This document shows positions 1 through 9,370 of a DNA stretch of 64,000 bases, one piece after another. The DNA lies in assembly GCA_963775155.1 (NCBI GenBank), contig CAVZHU010000014.1, positions 50,297 to 114,296 on the forward strand. Reading direction: 5' to 3'. The notes below the pieces were generated by a model. That model worked only from the letters and a program-made list of their open reading frames with translations. It searched no databases and was not told the origin of the DNA. This DNA is from an uncultured Actinomycetes bacterium. Lineage in GTDB: Bacteria > Actinomycetota > Thermoleophilia > Gaiellales > Gaiellaceae. The first letter of the stretch is position 1, and every line of letters begins with the position of its first letter. The position numbers and the translations under genes were made by a program.

Positions 1-747
1 CGTTCTCCGTGATCGTCAGGCCCGCGTCGTACCGCCGCGACTCGACACCCTCGTACATCCCCGTCACGGTGTTCAGGTTGAAGACCGTGCCCGCGCTGTA
101 CTCGGTGCGCAGGCCGTAGCACTGCTGGGGATCGTTCGACTCGAACGAGCTGAACGCGTTGCCGACGATGTAGTTGACCGTGCCGTAGTCCTGGTACACG
201 CCCGCGCAGCCGTACTCGTCGTTGAACGACGGCATGATCGTGTTGTGCTTGATCAGGGCGCCGGTCGACCCGTCGAGGTAGACGCCGTTCTTGACGCCGC
301 TGATCGAGCCGTCGAGGACCGTCAGCCCAGTCGACTCGTAGTCGTAGACGCCCGTCGAGTCGGTGTTGGTGCCGTCACCGATGATGGTCACCACGTCGAG
401 CGTAACGCCGCTGGAGCCGTCGCTGACGTCGAAGCCGGTGCCGTCACCGCCGAAGTGAGCGTCCCATTCTTGACCAGCGTGCCGCTAAAGCCATCGTTCT
501 CGACCACGTCGTACCCGTCGGAGCCCGTGATCGTGAACCCGTTCAGGTTGAACGTCACCCCGTCGTGCCCGATGAAATGTCGCATCGTGCCGTACCCCGA
601 GCAATCGAGGTTGCCGATCAGCGTCGCGCTCGAGGTGAGCACCTCCCCACAATGCAGGTTCGCCGCCGCCGCCGGCCCCGCCAGCACCAGCATCGCACCG
701 ACGCTGGCGGCTGTCGCGAGCAGCAGATAAATCCCTCTCAACCGCAT
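1..747 (-). CDS. secreted right-handed beta-helix (PbH1/NosD-like) repeat protein; 3' end runs off the window; one frameshift near 452
   Basis: ATG at 747 is preceded by GGGAGGCAAGGAG. Signal peptide MRLRGIYLLLATAASVGAMLVLAGPAAA. After ORF 388..747 stops, the adjacent frame continues with GDGTGFDVSDGSSGVTLDVVTIIGDG...NGVYLDGSTGALIKHN repeats down to position 1. Confidence 0.6.
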
Positions 748-885
748 ACTCCTTGCCTCCCTTTCTGTCCCATTGCCTGCCGGTCCATCGCACTCCGGCC
801 ACTACGGCCTAAGAGCCGACTAAGAACGTACACGAATACGCGGACGGACACCAGAGTCCTTCCTGCGTCTTTACGTGCATCTACA

Positions 886-1983
886 TCAAGGGTTCCCCGC
901 AAATTGCGGACTTTCGGCCGGCTCGAGGGCGAGCTGCCTGAAGTCGGCGAGACCGGAGACGCCGACGCCGACGAGACGCAACGCGCCGGGCCGGTCGCGC
1001 AGCCCGCGGTCGAGGAGCAGGCAGGCGAGATCGCCGATCGCCTCGGCCCCGTCGATCCCCGCCTCGAGCGAGGTCGACCGGCTGCGGATCGAGAAGTCGG
1101 CGTAGCGGAGCTTCGCCGTCACCGTCCGCGCGACCTGGGCGCGGCGCTGCAGCGCCGCCGCGACCTCCTCGGCCATCCGGCGCAGCTCGTCGTGCAGCCG
1201 TTCGCGGTCGGCGATGTCGCGCTCGAACGTGTTCTCGACGCTGATCGAGATCCGCTCGGCGCCGAGCTCGAGCCCGCGCGGGTCGATCCCGCGCGCCCGG
1301 TCGCGCAGCATCGTCCCGACGCTGCCTGGGAGCAGGCGGCGGAGGTCGTCGTCGGCGAGGGCGGCCAGACCGCCGATCGCGTCGATCCCGGCCGTGCGGA
1401 GACGCTGCTCGGCCTTCGGCCCGACGCCCGGCAGGCGGCGCACCGGCAGCGGCGCCAGGAACGCTTCCTCCCGTCCCGGCGACACGACGACGAGGCCGCC
1501 CGGCTTGCGCGCGTCGCTCGCGACCTTCGCGACGACCTTGCACGGAGCGACGCCGAGGGAGCACGTGAGGCTCGTCGCGGCGCGCACCGCGGTCTGCACC
1601 GCCTCCGCGACGACGCGGGCGGCGAGGAAGTCCCTTGCGACCTCTCCGACGTCGAGGTAGCCCTCGTCCAGCCCGGTCTGCTCGACCGTGGGGACGACGC
1701 CGCGCACGGTCTCCCAGACGGTTCGCGAGTACTCCCGGTAGAGCGCGTGGCGCGGGCGGACGAAGACGGCCTGCGGGCAGCGGCGCAGCGCCTCGGCGGC
1801 GCTCATCGCCGAGTGGATGCCGAAGCGGCGCGCGGCGTAGTTCGCGGTCGCGACGACGCCGCGGCCGCGCGGGTCGCCGCCGACGACGAGCGGCTGCGTG
1901 CGGAGCTCCGGGCTCTCGAGCTCCTCCACCGCGGCGAAGAAGGCGTCGAGGTCGAGGTGCGCGACGATCCCCGGGACGGCCAC
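886..1983 (-). CDS. dinB: DNA polymerase IV (Y-family translesion polymerase)
   Basis: 365-aa intact ORF. N-terminus IVAHLDLDAFFAAVEELE and the overall Y-family (IMS/UmuC) layout are recognisable. Confidence 0.9.
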   Translation of the reverse strand: MAVPGIVAHLDLDAFFAAVEELESPELRTQPLVVGGDPRGRGVVATANYAARRFGIHSAMSAAEALRRCPQAVFVRPRHALYREYSRTVWETVRGVVPTVEQTGLDEGYLDVGEVARDFLAARVVAEAVQTAVRAATSLTCSLGVAPCKVVAKVASDARKPGGLVVVSPGREEAFLAPLPVRRLPGVGPKAEQRLRTAGIDAIGGLAALADDDLRRLLPGSVGTMLRDRARGIDPRGLELGAERISISVENTFERDIADRERLHDELRRMAEEVAAALQRRAQVARTVTAKLRYADFSIRSRSTSLEAGIDGAEAIGDLACLLLDRGLRDRPGALRLVGVGVSGLADFRQLALEPAESPQFAGNP

Positions 1984-2007
1984 GCGAACAAGCGTACGCC
2001 CCGGGCA

Positions 2008-2122
2008 GGCCGGTGGCAGCCACCGTTACGGAAGCGTCACGACGCGCTCAGCTCTACGAAGCGGCCCGTGACGTATTCGCGATTCTTCTGCGCGTGCTTT
2101 GTGATGGTGGCTGCCACCGGCC
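2008..2122 (+). repeat. 115-bp palindrome-ended intergenic element, copy 1
   Basis: GGCCGGTGGCAGCCACC at 2008-2024 and its complement GGTGGCTGCCACCGGCC at 2106-2122. Lies between divergent dinB and the carboxyltransferase gene. Same termini as at 8334, 41750 and 57712. Confidence 0.85.
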
Positions 2123-2152
2123 TTGCGCACGGGCCCGGGTAGGCTCCGCGCC

Positions 2153-3712
2153 GTGGCCGTGCTCACGTCGACCGCCGACCGCGACGCCGAGGAGTTCTCC
2201 CGCCGGCGCGAGCGGATGGCGGAGCTCGTCGCCGAGCTGCGCGAACGGACGGCGCAGGTCGCGCGCGGCGGCGGCGAGCAGGCGATGGAGCGCCACCGCT
2301 CACGCGGCAAGCTGCCGGCCCGGGAGCGGATCGACCGCCTCGTCGACCCCGGCACCGCCTTCCTCGAGCTGAGTGCGCTCGCCGCCTGGGACCTGTACGA
2401 CGGCGGGGCGCCGAGCGCCGGGATCGTGACCGGCATCGGGATCGTCGAGGGACGCGAGTGCGTGCTCGTCGCCAACGACGCGACCGTCAAGGGCGGCTCG
2501 TACTTCCCGCTCACGGTGAAGAAGCACCTGCGCGCCCAGGAGGTGGCGGAGCAGAACCGGCTGCCCTGCCTCTACCTCGTCGACTCGGGCGGCGCCTTCC
2601 TCCCGCTCCAGGCCGAGGTCTTCCCCGACCGCGACCACTTCGGGCGGATCTTCTACAACCAGGCGCAGATGTCCGCGCAGGGCATCCCGCAGATCGCGGT
2701 CGTGCTCGGCTCGTGCACGGCCGGCGGCGCCTACGTGCCGGCGATGTCGGACGAGACGGTGATCGTGCGCGGCACGGGGACGATCTTCATCGGCGGCCCG
2801 CCGCTCGTGAAGGCGGCGACCGGACAGGACGTTACCGCGGAGGAGCTCGGCGGCGCCGACGTCCACACGCGCCGTTCCGGGGTCGCCGACCACTACGCGA
2901 CCTCCGACGAGCACGCACTCGCGATCGCGCGCGGAATCGTGCGCAACCTCCACCTCGGCGCACTCGAGCCGTGGGACGTCGCCGAGCCCGAGCCCCCCGC
3001 CCTCGACCCCTCCGACCTGTACGGCCTCGTCCCCGAGGACTTCCGCCACCAGGTCGACCCGCGCGAGCTGATCGCACGCATCGTCGACGGCTCGCGCTTC
3101 CAGGAGTTCAAGCAGCTCTACGGCGAGACGCTCGTCACCGGCTTCGCGCGCCTCGAGGGCTTCCCCGTCGGGATCCTCGCGAACAACGGCGTCCTCTTCG
3201 CCGAGTCGGCGCAAAAGGGGGCGCACTTCGTCGAGCTCTGCTGCAAGCGGAAGATCCCGCTCGTCTTCCTCCAGAACATCACCGGCTTCATGGTCGGGGC
3301 CGAGTACGAGGCCGGCGGGATCGCGCGCGACGGGGCGAAGCTCGTGATGGCCGTTGCCAACGCCGCCGTGCCGAAGTTCACGGTCGTCACCGGCGGCTCG
3401 TTCGGCGCGGGCAACTACGCGATGTGCGGGCGGGCCTACTCCCCGCGCCAGCTCTGGATGTGGCCGAACGCCCGCATCTCGGTCATGGGCGGCGAGCAGG
3501 CGGCGACCGTCCTCTCGCTCGTCGGCGACGTCGACGAGGCCGCGATCCGCGCCAAGTACGAGCGGAGGGCAACCCCTACTACTCGACCGCACGGCTCTGG
3601 GACGACGGGATCATCGACCCGCTCGACACGCGGCGGGTACTCGCGCTCGGGCTCGCGGCGGCGCTGCAACGCCCCGATTCCCGAGACGACGTTCGGCGTC
3701 TTCCGCATGTGA
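2153..3712 (+). CDS. acyl-CoA carboxylase carboxyltransferase (beta) subunit, methylcrotonyl-/propionyl-CoA type; frame changes near 3565 and 3665
   Basis: ORF 2123..3712 has the carboxyl-transferase family sequence throughout. The C-terminus switches to the frame of ORF 2458..3726 ([30 protein letters not shown]) and returns for [14 protein letters not shown]. Start uncertain (TTG 2123, GTG 2153 or 2159). Confidence 0.85.
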   Translation: MAVLTSTADRDAEEFSRRRERMAELVAELRERTAQVARGGGEQAMERHRSRGKLPARERIDRLVDPGTAFLELSALAAWDLYDGGAPSAGIVTGIGIVEGRECVLVANDATVKGGSYFPLTVKKHLRAQEVAEQNRLPCLYLVDSGGAFLPLQAEVFPDRDHFGRIFYNQAQMSAQGIPQIAVVLGSCTAGGAYVPAMSDETVIVRGTGTIFIGGPPLVKAATGQDVTAEELGGADVHTRRSGVADHYATSDEHALAIARGIVRNLHLGALEPWDVAEPEPPALDPSDLYGLVPEDFRHQVDPRELIARIVDGSRFQEFKQLYGETLVTGFARLEGFPVGILANNGVLFAESAQKGAHFVELCCKRKIPLVFLQNITGFMVGAEYEAGGIARDGAKLVMAVANAAVPKFTVVTGGSFGAGNYAMCGRAYSPRQLWMWPNARISVMGGEQAATVLSLVGDVDEAAIRAKYERRATPTTRPHGSGTTGSSTRSTRGGYSRSGSRRRCNAPIPETTFGVFRM

Positions 3713-3722
3713 GAGGAGAACG

Positions 3723-4080
3723 ATGAGCTACTCGCTGGTGAACGTGCACGAGCTGGAGCCGGGCGGCCGCACCGGGATGGTGAAGTTCGTGCGGCGCGAG
3801 CTCGGCGTGGGAGGCGTTCGGACTCAACTGGTTCGAGCTGCCCCCGGACACCAAGGCCACGAGCACGACGAGACCGCCACCGGGCAGGAGGAGGTGAACG
3901 TCGTCTTCTCGCGGCGGCGGCCACTGGCGGATCGACGGCGAGGACGTCCCGGTACGGGAGGGCACGTTCCTCCGGTTCGACCCCGAGACCGTCCGCTGCC
4001 CGGTGGCCGGCCCGGACGGGATGGCCTTCCTCGCGATCGGCGCGCGCCGAGGCAGCTACGAGCCGCGCGGACCGTTCTAA
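3723..4080 (+). CDS. cupin domain protein (frameshifted)
   Basis: [15 protein letters not shown]... then by frame-hopping ...[86 protein letters not shown] with stop at 4078-4080. This is the cupin G-x5-H-x-H pattern. Confidence 0.55.
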
Positions 4081-4089
4081 GCTCACGCC

Positions 4090-4394
4090 ATGACCACGAA
4101 GGACGTCGTGCAACGGGTGAAGGCACTCCTCGCGAAGCTGCCCGAGGAGACCGCCTCCTCGTCCGCGTGATCTGCCGCATCCTCATCTGGAACCTGTTCG
4201 AGTCGAAGACGACGCTCGACGAGCTGCGCGCGCACCTGCCCGCGCTGCCCGAGGGCGACACGTGGATCTCGAACGACGTTGCACGACCGGCTCGGCCTGA
4301 TCAGCTTCGGCGACGAGGTGCCCGACCTCGGGGACGTGCCGGCAGCTCATCGGGAGACGACCCGGACATCGCCGAAGAGTTCGACGTCGAGTGA
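4090..4394 (+). CDS. small hypothetical protein (frameshifted)
   Basis: ATG at 4090 (MTTKDVVQRVKALLAKLPEE). It continues in other frames as ICRILIWNLFESKTTLDELRAHLPALPEGDTWISNDV and ends ...PDIAEEFDVE. No family recognised. Confidence 0.3.
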
Positions 4395-4434
4395 CTCACT
4401 CCACAAAGTGCTGTGCACTTTGCGGAGGCCCCGA

Positions 4435-5503
4435 ATGAGGCGAGCCCCGGCCACGTGGCCCGCCGCGGTCGCGGCCTGCGTCCTGCTCTGCGATCTCCTT
4501 CTACGTCCTGCAGCCGCTGGCTCGAGCAGGGGCCAGCTCTCGGACGTCCCGGTGTACCAGCACTACGGCGGCGCTCTTTGCGCGCCGGTGCCGTCCCGTA
4601 CCGCGACTTCTCGTTCGAGTACCCGCCTGCCGCGTTGCCCGTGCTGCTCGTCCCCCTCGTACATGAGCTGGAGCTACCCGACCTCGTTCGCCGTACTCAT
4701 GGGCCTCTGCGGCGCCGGTGCACGCCCCTCGTCGCCTCGGCGCTGCGGACGGCCGGCGCCGGGGCGGCACGGGTCACGGGCGCGTTGCTCCTGCTCGGGG
4801 TCTCGCCGCTCGTGCTCGGCTCGCTCTTCGACACGCGCTTCGACCTCTGGCCGACGCTGCTCGCGATCGGAGCCGTCGCGGCGCTCGTGCGGGAGCGGCC
4901 ACTCGTTCACCGGCGCGCTGGCTCGGGCTCGGCTTCGCAGCGAAGCTCTGGCCGGGCGTCCTGCTGCCGATCGCTCGTCGTGCAACCTCTGGCGGCGCCG
5001 GGGGGAACCGAGCGGCTGGGCGGTGATCTCTCGCGTTCGTCGCCGTGGCGGCCGCCTGCTTCGTGCCCTTCGGGCTCATTGCCTCCGGCGGGGGCTCCGA
5101 CGCGAGCGTCACGGGGCAGCTCGACCGCCCGCTGCAGGTGGAGAGCCTCGGCGCGGCGATCCTCATGGGCCGCGCAGCACCTCCGGGATGCGGCCGCTCA
5201 CGACGATCGCCACGAACGGCGGGGCAGGCGCTGGAGCGGCCGCGGCGCGGGCCTCGCCGCCGACCTCTCGACGGCGGCTCGAGCTGCGCGACGGTCCTCG
5301 CCGTCTGGATCGCCTTTGCCCGCCGGCGCGCCGCCGGCGCCGAGACCGCACTCCTCGCCTGCGCCGCGGCCGCCGCCGCGACCGTCGCCTTCGACAAGGT
5401 GCTCTCGCCCCAGTACCTGATCTGGCTGTCCCGTTCGTCCTCCTCCTGCGGGGGCTCGGCGGCGCGGCGGCGACCGTGCTCCTCCTCCTCGCGCTCGGCC
5501 TGA
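4435..5503 (+). CDS. polytopic membrane glycosyltransferase, DUF2029/GT87-like, several frameshifts
   Basis: Pieces in three frames: [27 protein letters not shown], multiple hydrophobic helices, and LSPQYLIWL near the end. The YRDF..EYPP motif is typical of DUF2029 mannosyltransferase-like proteins. Confidence 0.5.
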
Positions 5504-5627
5504 CGCAGCTGTGGTTCCCGGTGCCCTACTGGCTCCTCGCCGACAACCACGCCTCCCCGTACTCCTGGTACCTCCTCGCCCGCGACCTCGCCGCTCGTCG
5601 CCCTCGCCGCCGTCCTCCTCTTCGAGC

Positions 5628-6541
5628 TCAGCCGCGAACGAGATTTCGCAGGAGGAAGAGAAGGTTGGCCGGCCGCTCGGCCAGCCGCCGCATGAGATAG
5701 CGGTACCACTCCGGCCCAAAGGGCGTCGCGACGAGGACGTCGTAGCCGCGCGCGACGAGCTCGAGCTGCAGGCGCGGGCGGACGCCGTAGAGCATCTGGA
5801 ACTGGAAGCGGTCGCGCGGGATGTCGTCGCGCTGCGCGAAGCAGATCGCGTGCTCGATCAGCGACTCGTCGTGCGTGGCGATCGCGGTGAAGTCCGGCGC
5901 CGAGCGAGCGCTCGACCAGCCGCGCGTAGGCGGCGTCGACGTCGCGCTTCTCCGGGTAGGCGACCTCAGGCGGCTCGAGGTACGCACCCTTGACGAGGCG
6001 AAGGTTCGGGCGAGGTCGAGCAGGGACTCGAGGTCGTCCGCGTGCGGTAGAGGTACGCCTGCAGCACGGTGCCGACGTTCGTCGTGGCCCTCCTCGCGGA
6101 GCCGGCGGTAGATGCGCAGCGTCGCGTCGACGTGCGCGGACTCCTCCATGTCGAGGCGGACGAAGTTGCCGCGCTCGGCGGCGCTGCTCGGCGAGCGCGG
6201 CGGCGTTCGCGTACGCGAGCTCCTCGTCGATCTCGAGGCCGAGCTGCGTGAGCTTCAGCGCAACGTTCGTGCTCAGCCCCTCGGTGCCGATGCGGTCGAG
6301 GAGCCGCGTAGGCCTCGACGACCTCGCGGGTCTCGGCCTCGTCGGGCACGCCCTCGCCGAGAAGCGTCGTGTTCGTGAGGAGGCCGGAGTCGTTCAGTCG
6401 CCGCAGCACGGGAACGGCCGCGTCGAGGGTCTCCCCGGCGACGAAGCGGGCGGCGCCGAGGCGGAAGCCGTATCGCTGCACGAGGCGCTGCAGCCGTTTG
6501 CTGTCGGCCGCCGCGAGGATGAGGCTGCGCAGCGCGCTCAT
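5628..6541 (-). CDS. proline dehydrogenase (several frameshifts)
   Basis: N-terminus [64 protein letters not shown]-terminus [57 protein letters not shown]. The middle is spread over different frames. Confidence 0.75.
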
Positions 6542-7390
6542 GGGCGCCACGCCGCGACGATCCGCTCGACCTCCGCGTGCTCCGCCGCGGTCAGGCCCGC
6601 GGAGCGGCGCGCGCACCTCCGGTCCGAGCGGGACGCCGCGCAGCGCGAGGGCCGCCTTCGCCGCAGCGTGGAACGGGAGCTGCTGGAGGGACGCGCGGAG
6701 CGAGGTCGCCCTCTCCCCCGCCTCGGCCGTCGGCTCGCGGACGAGCGGCACGACGGCGTCCGGGAAGCTCGCGGCGAGACCCGAGACGGCACCGGCGGCG
6801 CCGGCCGGCAGCGCCCGGGCGAGCAGCGCCTCGGCGCCGACGAAGACGTCGAGCCCGGCGCCGAGATACGGCTCGAGCCGCTCCCACGGGCTGTCCGAGA
6901 CCTTCATCCCGGCGAGGTTCGGGACGCGCTCGCGGAGGCGCTCGATCACGGGCAGCGGGATCGCGTAGCCGCTCCGGGCCTGGAACTCGTACAGATAGAA
7001 AGGCAGGGGCGCGCAGGCGGCGGCGGCCGCCTCGAAGTGCGCGAGCAACTCCTCGGGGTCGAGCGGGAAGTACGGGGGGCCGATCACGGCGACGGCGTCG
7101 GCCCCGGCCGCGGCCGCGTGCGCGGCGAGCTCGGCGGTGTCGCGGGTCGTCTGGGCGCCGCAGTGGACGGCGACCTGGAGGCGGTCGTGGGCCGCTGCCA
7201 GGAATGCGGCGGCCACGGCGCGCCGCTCGTCCGGCGAGAAGAGCACGCCCTCCCCCGTCGTGCCGAGGACGAGGATCCCGTCGAGCCCGTGCCCGGCGAG
7301 GAAGTCGACGTACGGCCCGACCGCGGCGGCGTCGAAGGCGCCGTCGCGCAGCGGCGTCACCGCAGCTGCGAGCGCTCCGCGCAGCGTCAC
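6538..7390 (-). CDS. DapA-family lyase (dihydrodipicolinate synthase / hydroxyproline-pathway type); one frameshift near the 3' end
   Basis: VTLRGALAAAVTPLRDG...GLDGILVLGTTGEGVLFSPDER...GMKVSDS inside ORF 5966..8242. The end ...[19 protein letters not shown] lies in the frame of ORF 6538..6792. ATGA overlap with the proline dehydrogenase start suggests a proline/hydroxyproline catabolic pair. Confidence 0.75.
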
Positions 7391-8265
7391 GGTAGGACTC
7401 CGGTCAGCTGCGCGAACGCCATCCGCCACTCCCCCTCGCCGCGCTCGACCAGCGGCCGCAGCTGCGCCGTCAAACGCGCGCGCTCGTCCAGCGTCAAGGC
7501 CTGGTCCATCGCCTCGCGCAGGGTCGGGATGTTCGGGTTGCCGGCGGTGTCGAGAAGGCCGTCCCAGCTCCGCGGCGCCACGGGTTCGATCGCAGCCCTC
7601 AACCTCAACCTGAGGGGGAAGAATGCGGCGTCCTCGGCGAGCCGGAGGAGGTCGCGCTCGTCGAAGTCGAGCATCGGGTCCCTGTCGGGCGGCTGGAGCC
7701 CGGCGAAGACGGCGTGCAGCTTCGCTCCGAGCTCCTCCAGCCCGTCGAGCTCGTAGCCGAAGAAGCGTCCCCGCCAGAGCTGATCGGCGCCGAAGCGGTT
7801 GATCGGCTCGGCGAGCGAGATCCGGCCGCCGGGCCGGAGCACGCGCGCGAACTCGGCGAACGCGCCCGCCTTGTCCCGCTGGTAGATGAGGACGGAGCGG
7901 GTCGTGACGACGTCGGCGGAGGCGTCCTCGACGGGCGCGAGGTCTGCGGCCGCCGCCTGCACGAAGCAGCAGCGATCGAGGACACCGAGCTCGGCCGCAG
8001 CCTCGCGGCAGAAGTCGAGCAGGTCGCTGGAGATGTCGGAGAAGACCACGCGTCCGGCGCCACGCTCGAGCGCGCCGAAGCCGATCAGCCCCTCGCCGCA
8101 GCCGACGTCGAGGAGGGTCTCTCCCCCGCGGAGCTCGGCGCGGTCGAGCACCTCGCCCCGTACTTCCGCGAGCCTCGCGAGCGTCGCAGCCCGAGTCTCG
8201 GGGTCGCCGCCGAAGCGCCGCTCCGCCAGCCACTCCGCCCACCGGTCGCGCGCCGCCGCGGTCAT
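7387..8265 (-). CDS. class I SAM-dependent methyltransferase
   Basis: 292-aa intact ORF with motif I LLDVGCGEGLIG. Confidence 0.8.
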   Translation of the reverse strand: MTAAARDRWAEWLAERRFGGDPETRAATLARLAEVRGEVLDRAELRGGETLLDVGCGEGLIGFGALERGAGRVVFSDISSDLLDFCREAAAELGVLDRCCFVQAAAADLAPVEDASADVVTTRSVLIYQRDKAGAFAEFARVLRPGGRISLAEPINRFGADQLWRGRFFGYELDGLEELGAKLHAVFAGLQPPDRDPMLDFDERDLLRLAEDAAFFPLRLRLRAAIEPVAPRSWDGLLDTAGNPNIPTLREAMDQALTLDERARLTAQLRPLVERGEGEWRMAFAQLTGVLP

Positions 8266-8333
8266 CGGCGCAATCTACGTGGCCGCCGTGCTCCGCCGTT
8301 CACGGAGCTGCCGCGCGCACGGCGCGTGCCAAC

Positions 8334-8448
8334 GGCCGGTGGCAGCCACCCTTACGAAACTGTCACGAGCGCGGCCGCGTGGGGATGCGGTGCGATTGCG
8401 ATCGCCGACGCGTTCGTGATGCTTTCGCGACGGTGGCTGCCACCGGCC
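8334..8448 (+). repeat. 115-bp palindrome-ended intergenic element, copy 2
   Basis: Termini identical to copy 1. Symmetric pairing gives 41 of 46 positions paired (4 G-U) when read on the + strand. Confidence 0.85.
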
Positions 8449-8464
8449 TTAAGCTCTCTCGTCG

Positions 8465-9210
8465 TGGCGGCGAACCTTCGTACCGAGCGGGACGGCGACG
8501 TCCTCCGCATCACGCTCACGCGCCCCGACCGGCGCAACGCCTTCGACGCCGGCGTGATCGCCGAGCTCGCCGAGGCGTTCGTCGCCGTCGGGCGGGCGCG
8601 GGCGGTCGTCCTCGCCGGCGAAGGGCCGAGCTTCTCCGCCGGGGCCGACGTCGAGTGGATGCGCTCCTCCGCAGACCTCTCCTACGAGGAGAACGTCGCC
8701 GACGCGAACGCGCTGCGCGCGATGCTCGAGGCGATCGACGGCTGTCCCGCGCCGGTCGTCGCCCGGGTGCAGGGGCACGCCCTCGGCGGCGGTGCGGGGC
8801 TCGTCGCGGCGGCGGACATCGCGATCGCGTCCCCCGACACGGTCTTCGCCTTCTCGGAGGTGAAGCTCGGGATCATCCCGGCGGTCATCTCCCCCTTCGC
8901 GCTCGCGAAGATCGGCCCGGGCGCGGCGCGGCGGTACTTCGTCACCGGCGAGCGGTTCGGCGCCGACGTCGCGCTACGACTCGGGCTCGTCTCCGAGGTG
9001 GCCGGGGATCTCGACGCGGCGGTCGAGCGCATCGTCGGCGAGCTCCTCTCGGCCGGCCCGCACGCCGCCCGCTGGGCGAAGCGGCTCGTCCGCGAGCGGC
9101 CCGACGGGCCCGAGACCGCCCGCTGGATCGCCGAGCGGCGCACGAGCGAGGAGGGACAGGAAGGCCTCCGCGCCTTCCTCGAGAAGCGCCCGGCCGGCTG
9201 GCGCGAGTAG
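8465..9210 (+). CDS. enoyl-CoA hydratase/isomerase family (methylglutaconyl-CoA hydratase-like)
   Basis: LRITLTRPDRRNAF, GEGPSFSAGADV, GHALGGGAGLVAAADIAIA, FSEVKLGIIPAVISPF. Start uncertain: GTG 8465, or ATG 8419 inside the repeat. Confidence 0.85.
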
Positions 9211-9370
9211 CCGGGGTCTGCGCGTGGGCCGGTCGCGACGACAGCCGCCACCCACCCGGCGATCCCCCGGCCCGCGGGCAGATCGGACTCGCCAGAGTTC
9301 GCATCGGGGAGTGCTAGGTTTCGCCGGCGAACTGCCACGAGGACCAGGTCATAGAGGAGGATCGCATAGC

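Noticed and set aside
2011-2030. TGGCAGCCACCGTTAC in the repeat arm as a sigma-54 (-24/-12) promoter
   Set aside because: The spacing to the TT(A/G)C element is off by one and the GC of the -12 box is missing. Sigma-54 is generally absent from Actinomycetota.
565-2142. Very long ORFs on the opposite strand or in alternative frames of recognised genes (e.g. 565..2142, 881..2023, 5966..8242 upstream part, 9314..11950, 20964..23033, 52422..55958, 27080..29131, 38330..39451)
   Set aside because: Their translations are Arg/Ala/Pro/Gly-rich low-complexity strings, typical of stop-codon-poor off-frames in high-G+C DNA. Each overlaps a frame with clear family motifs.
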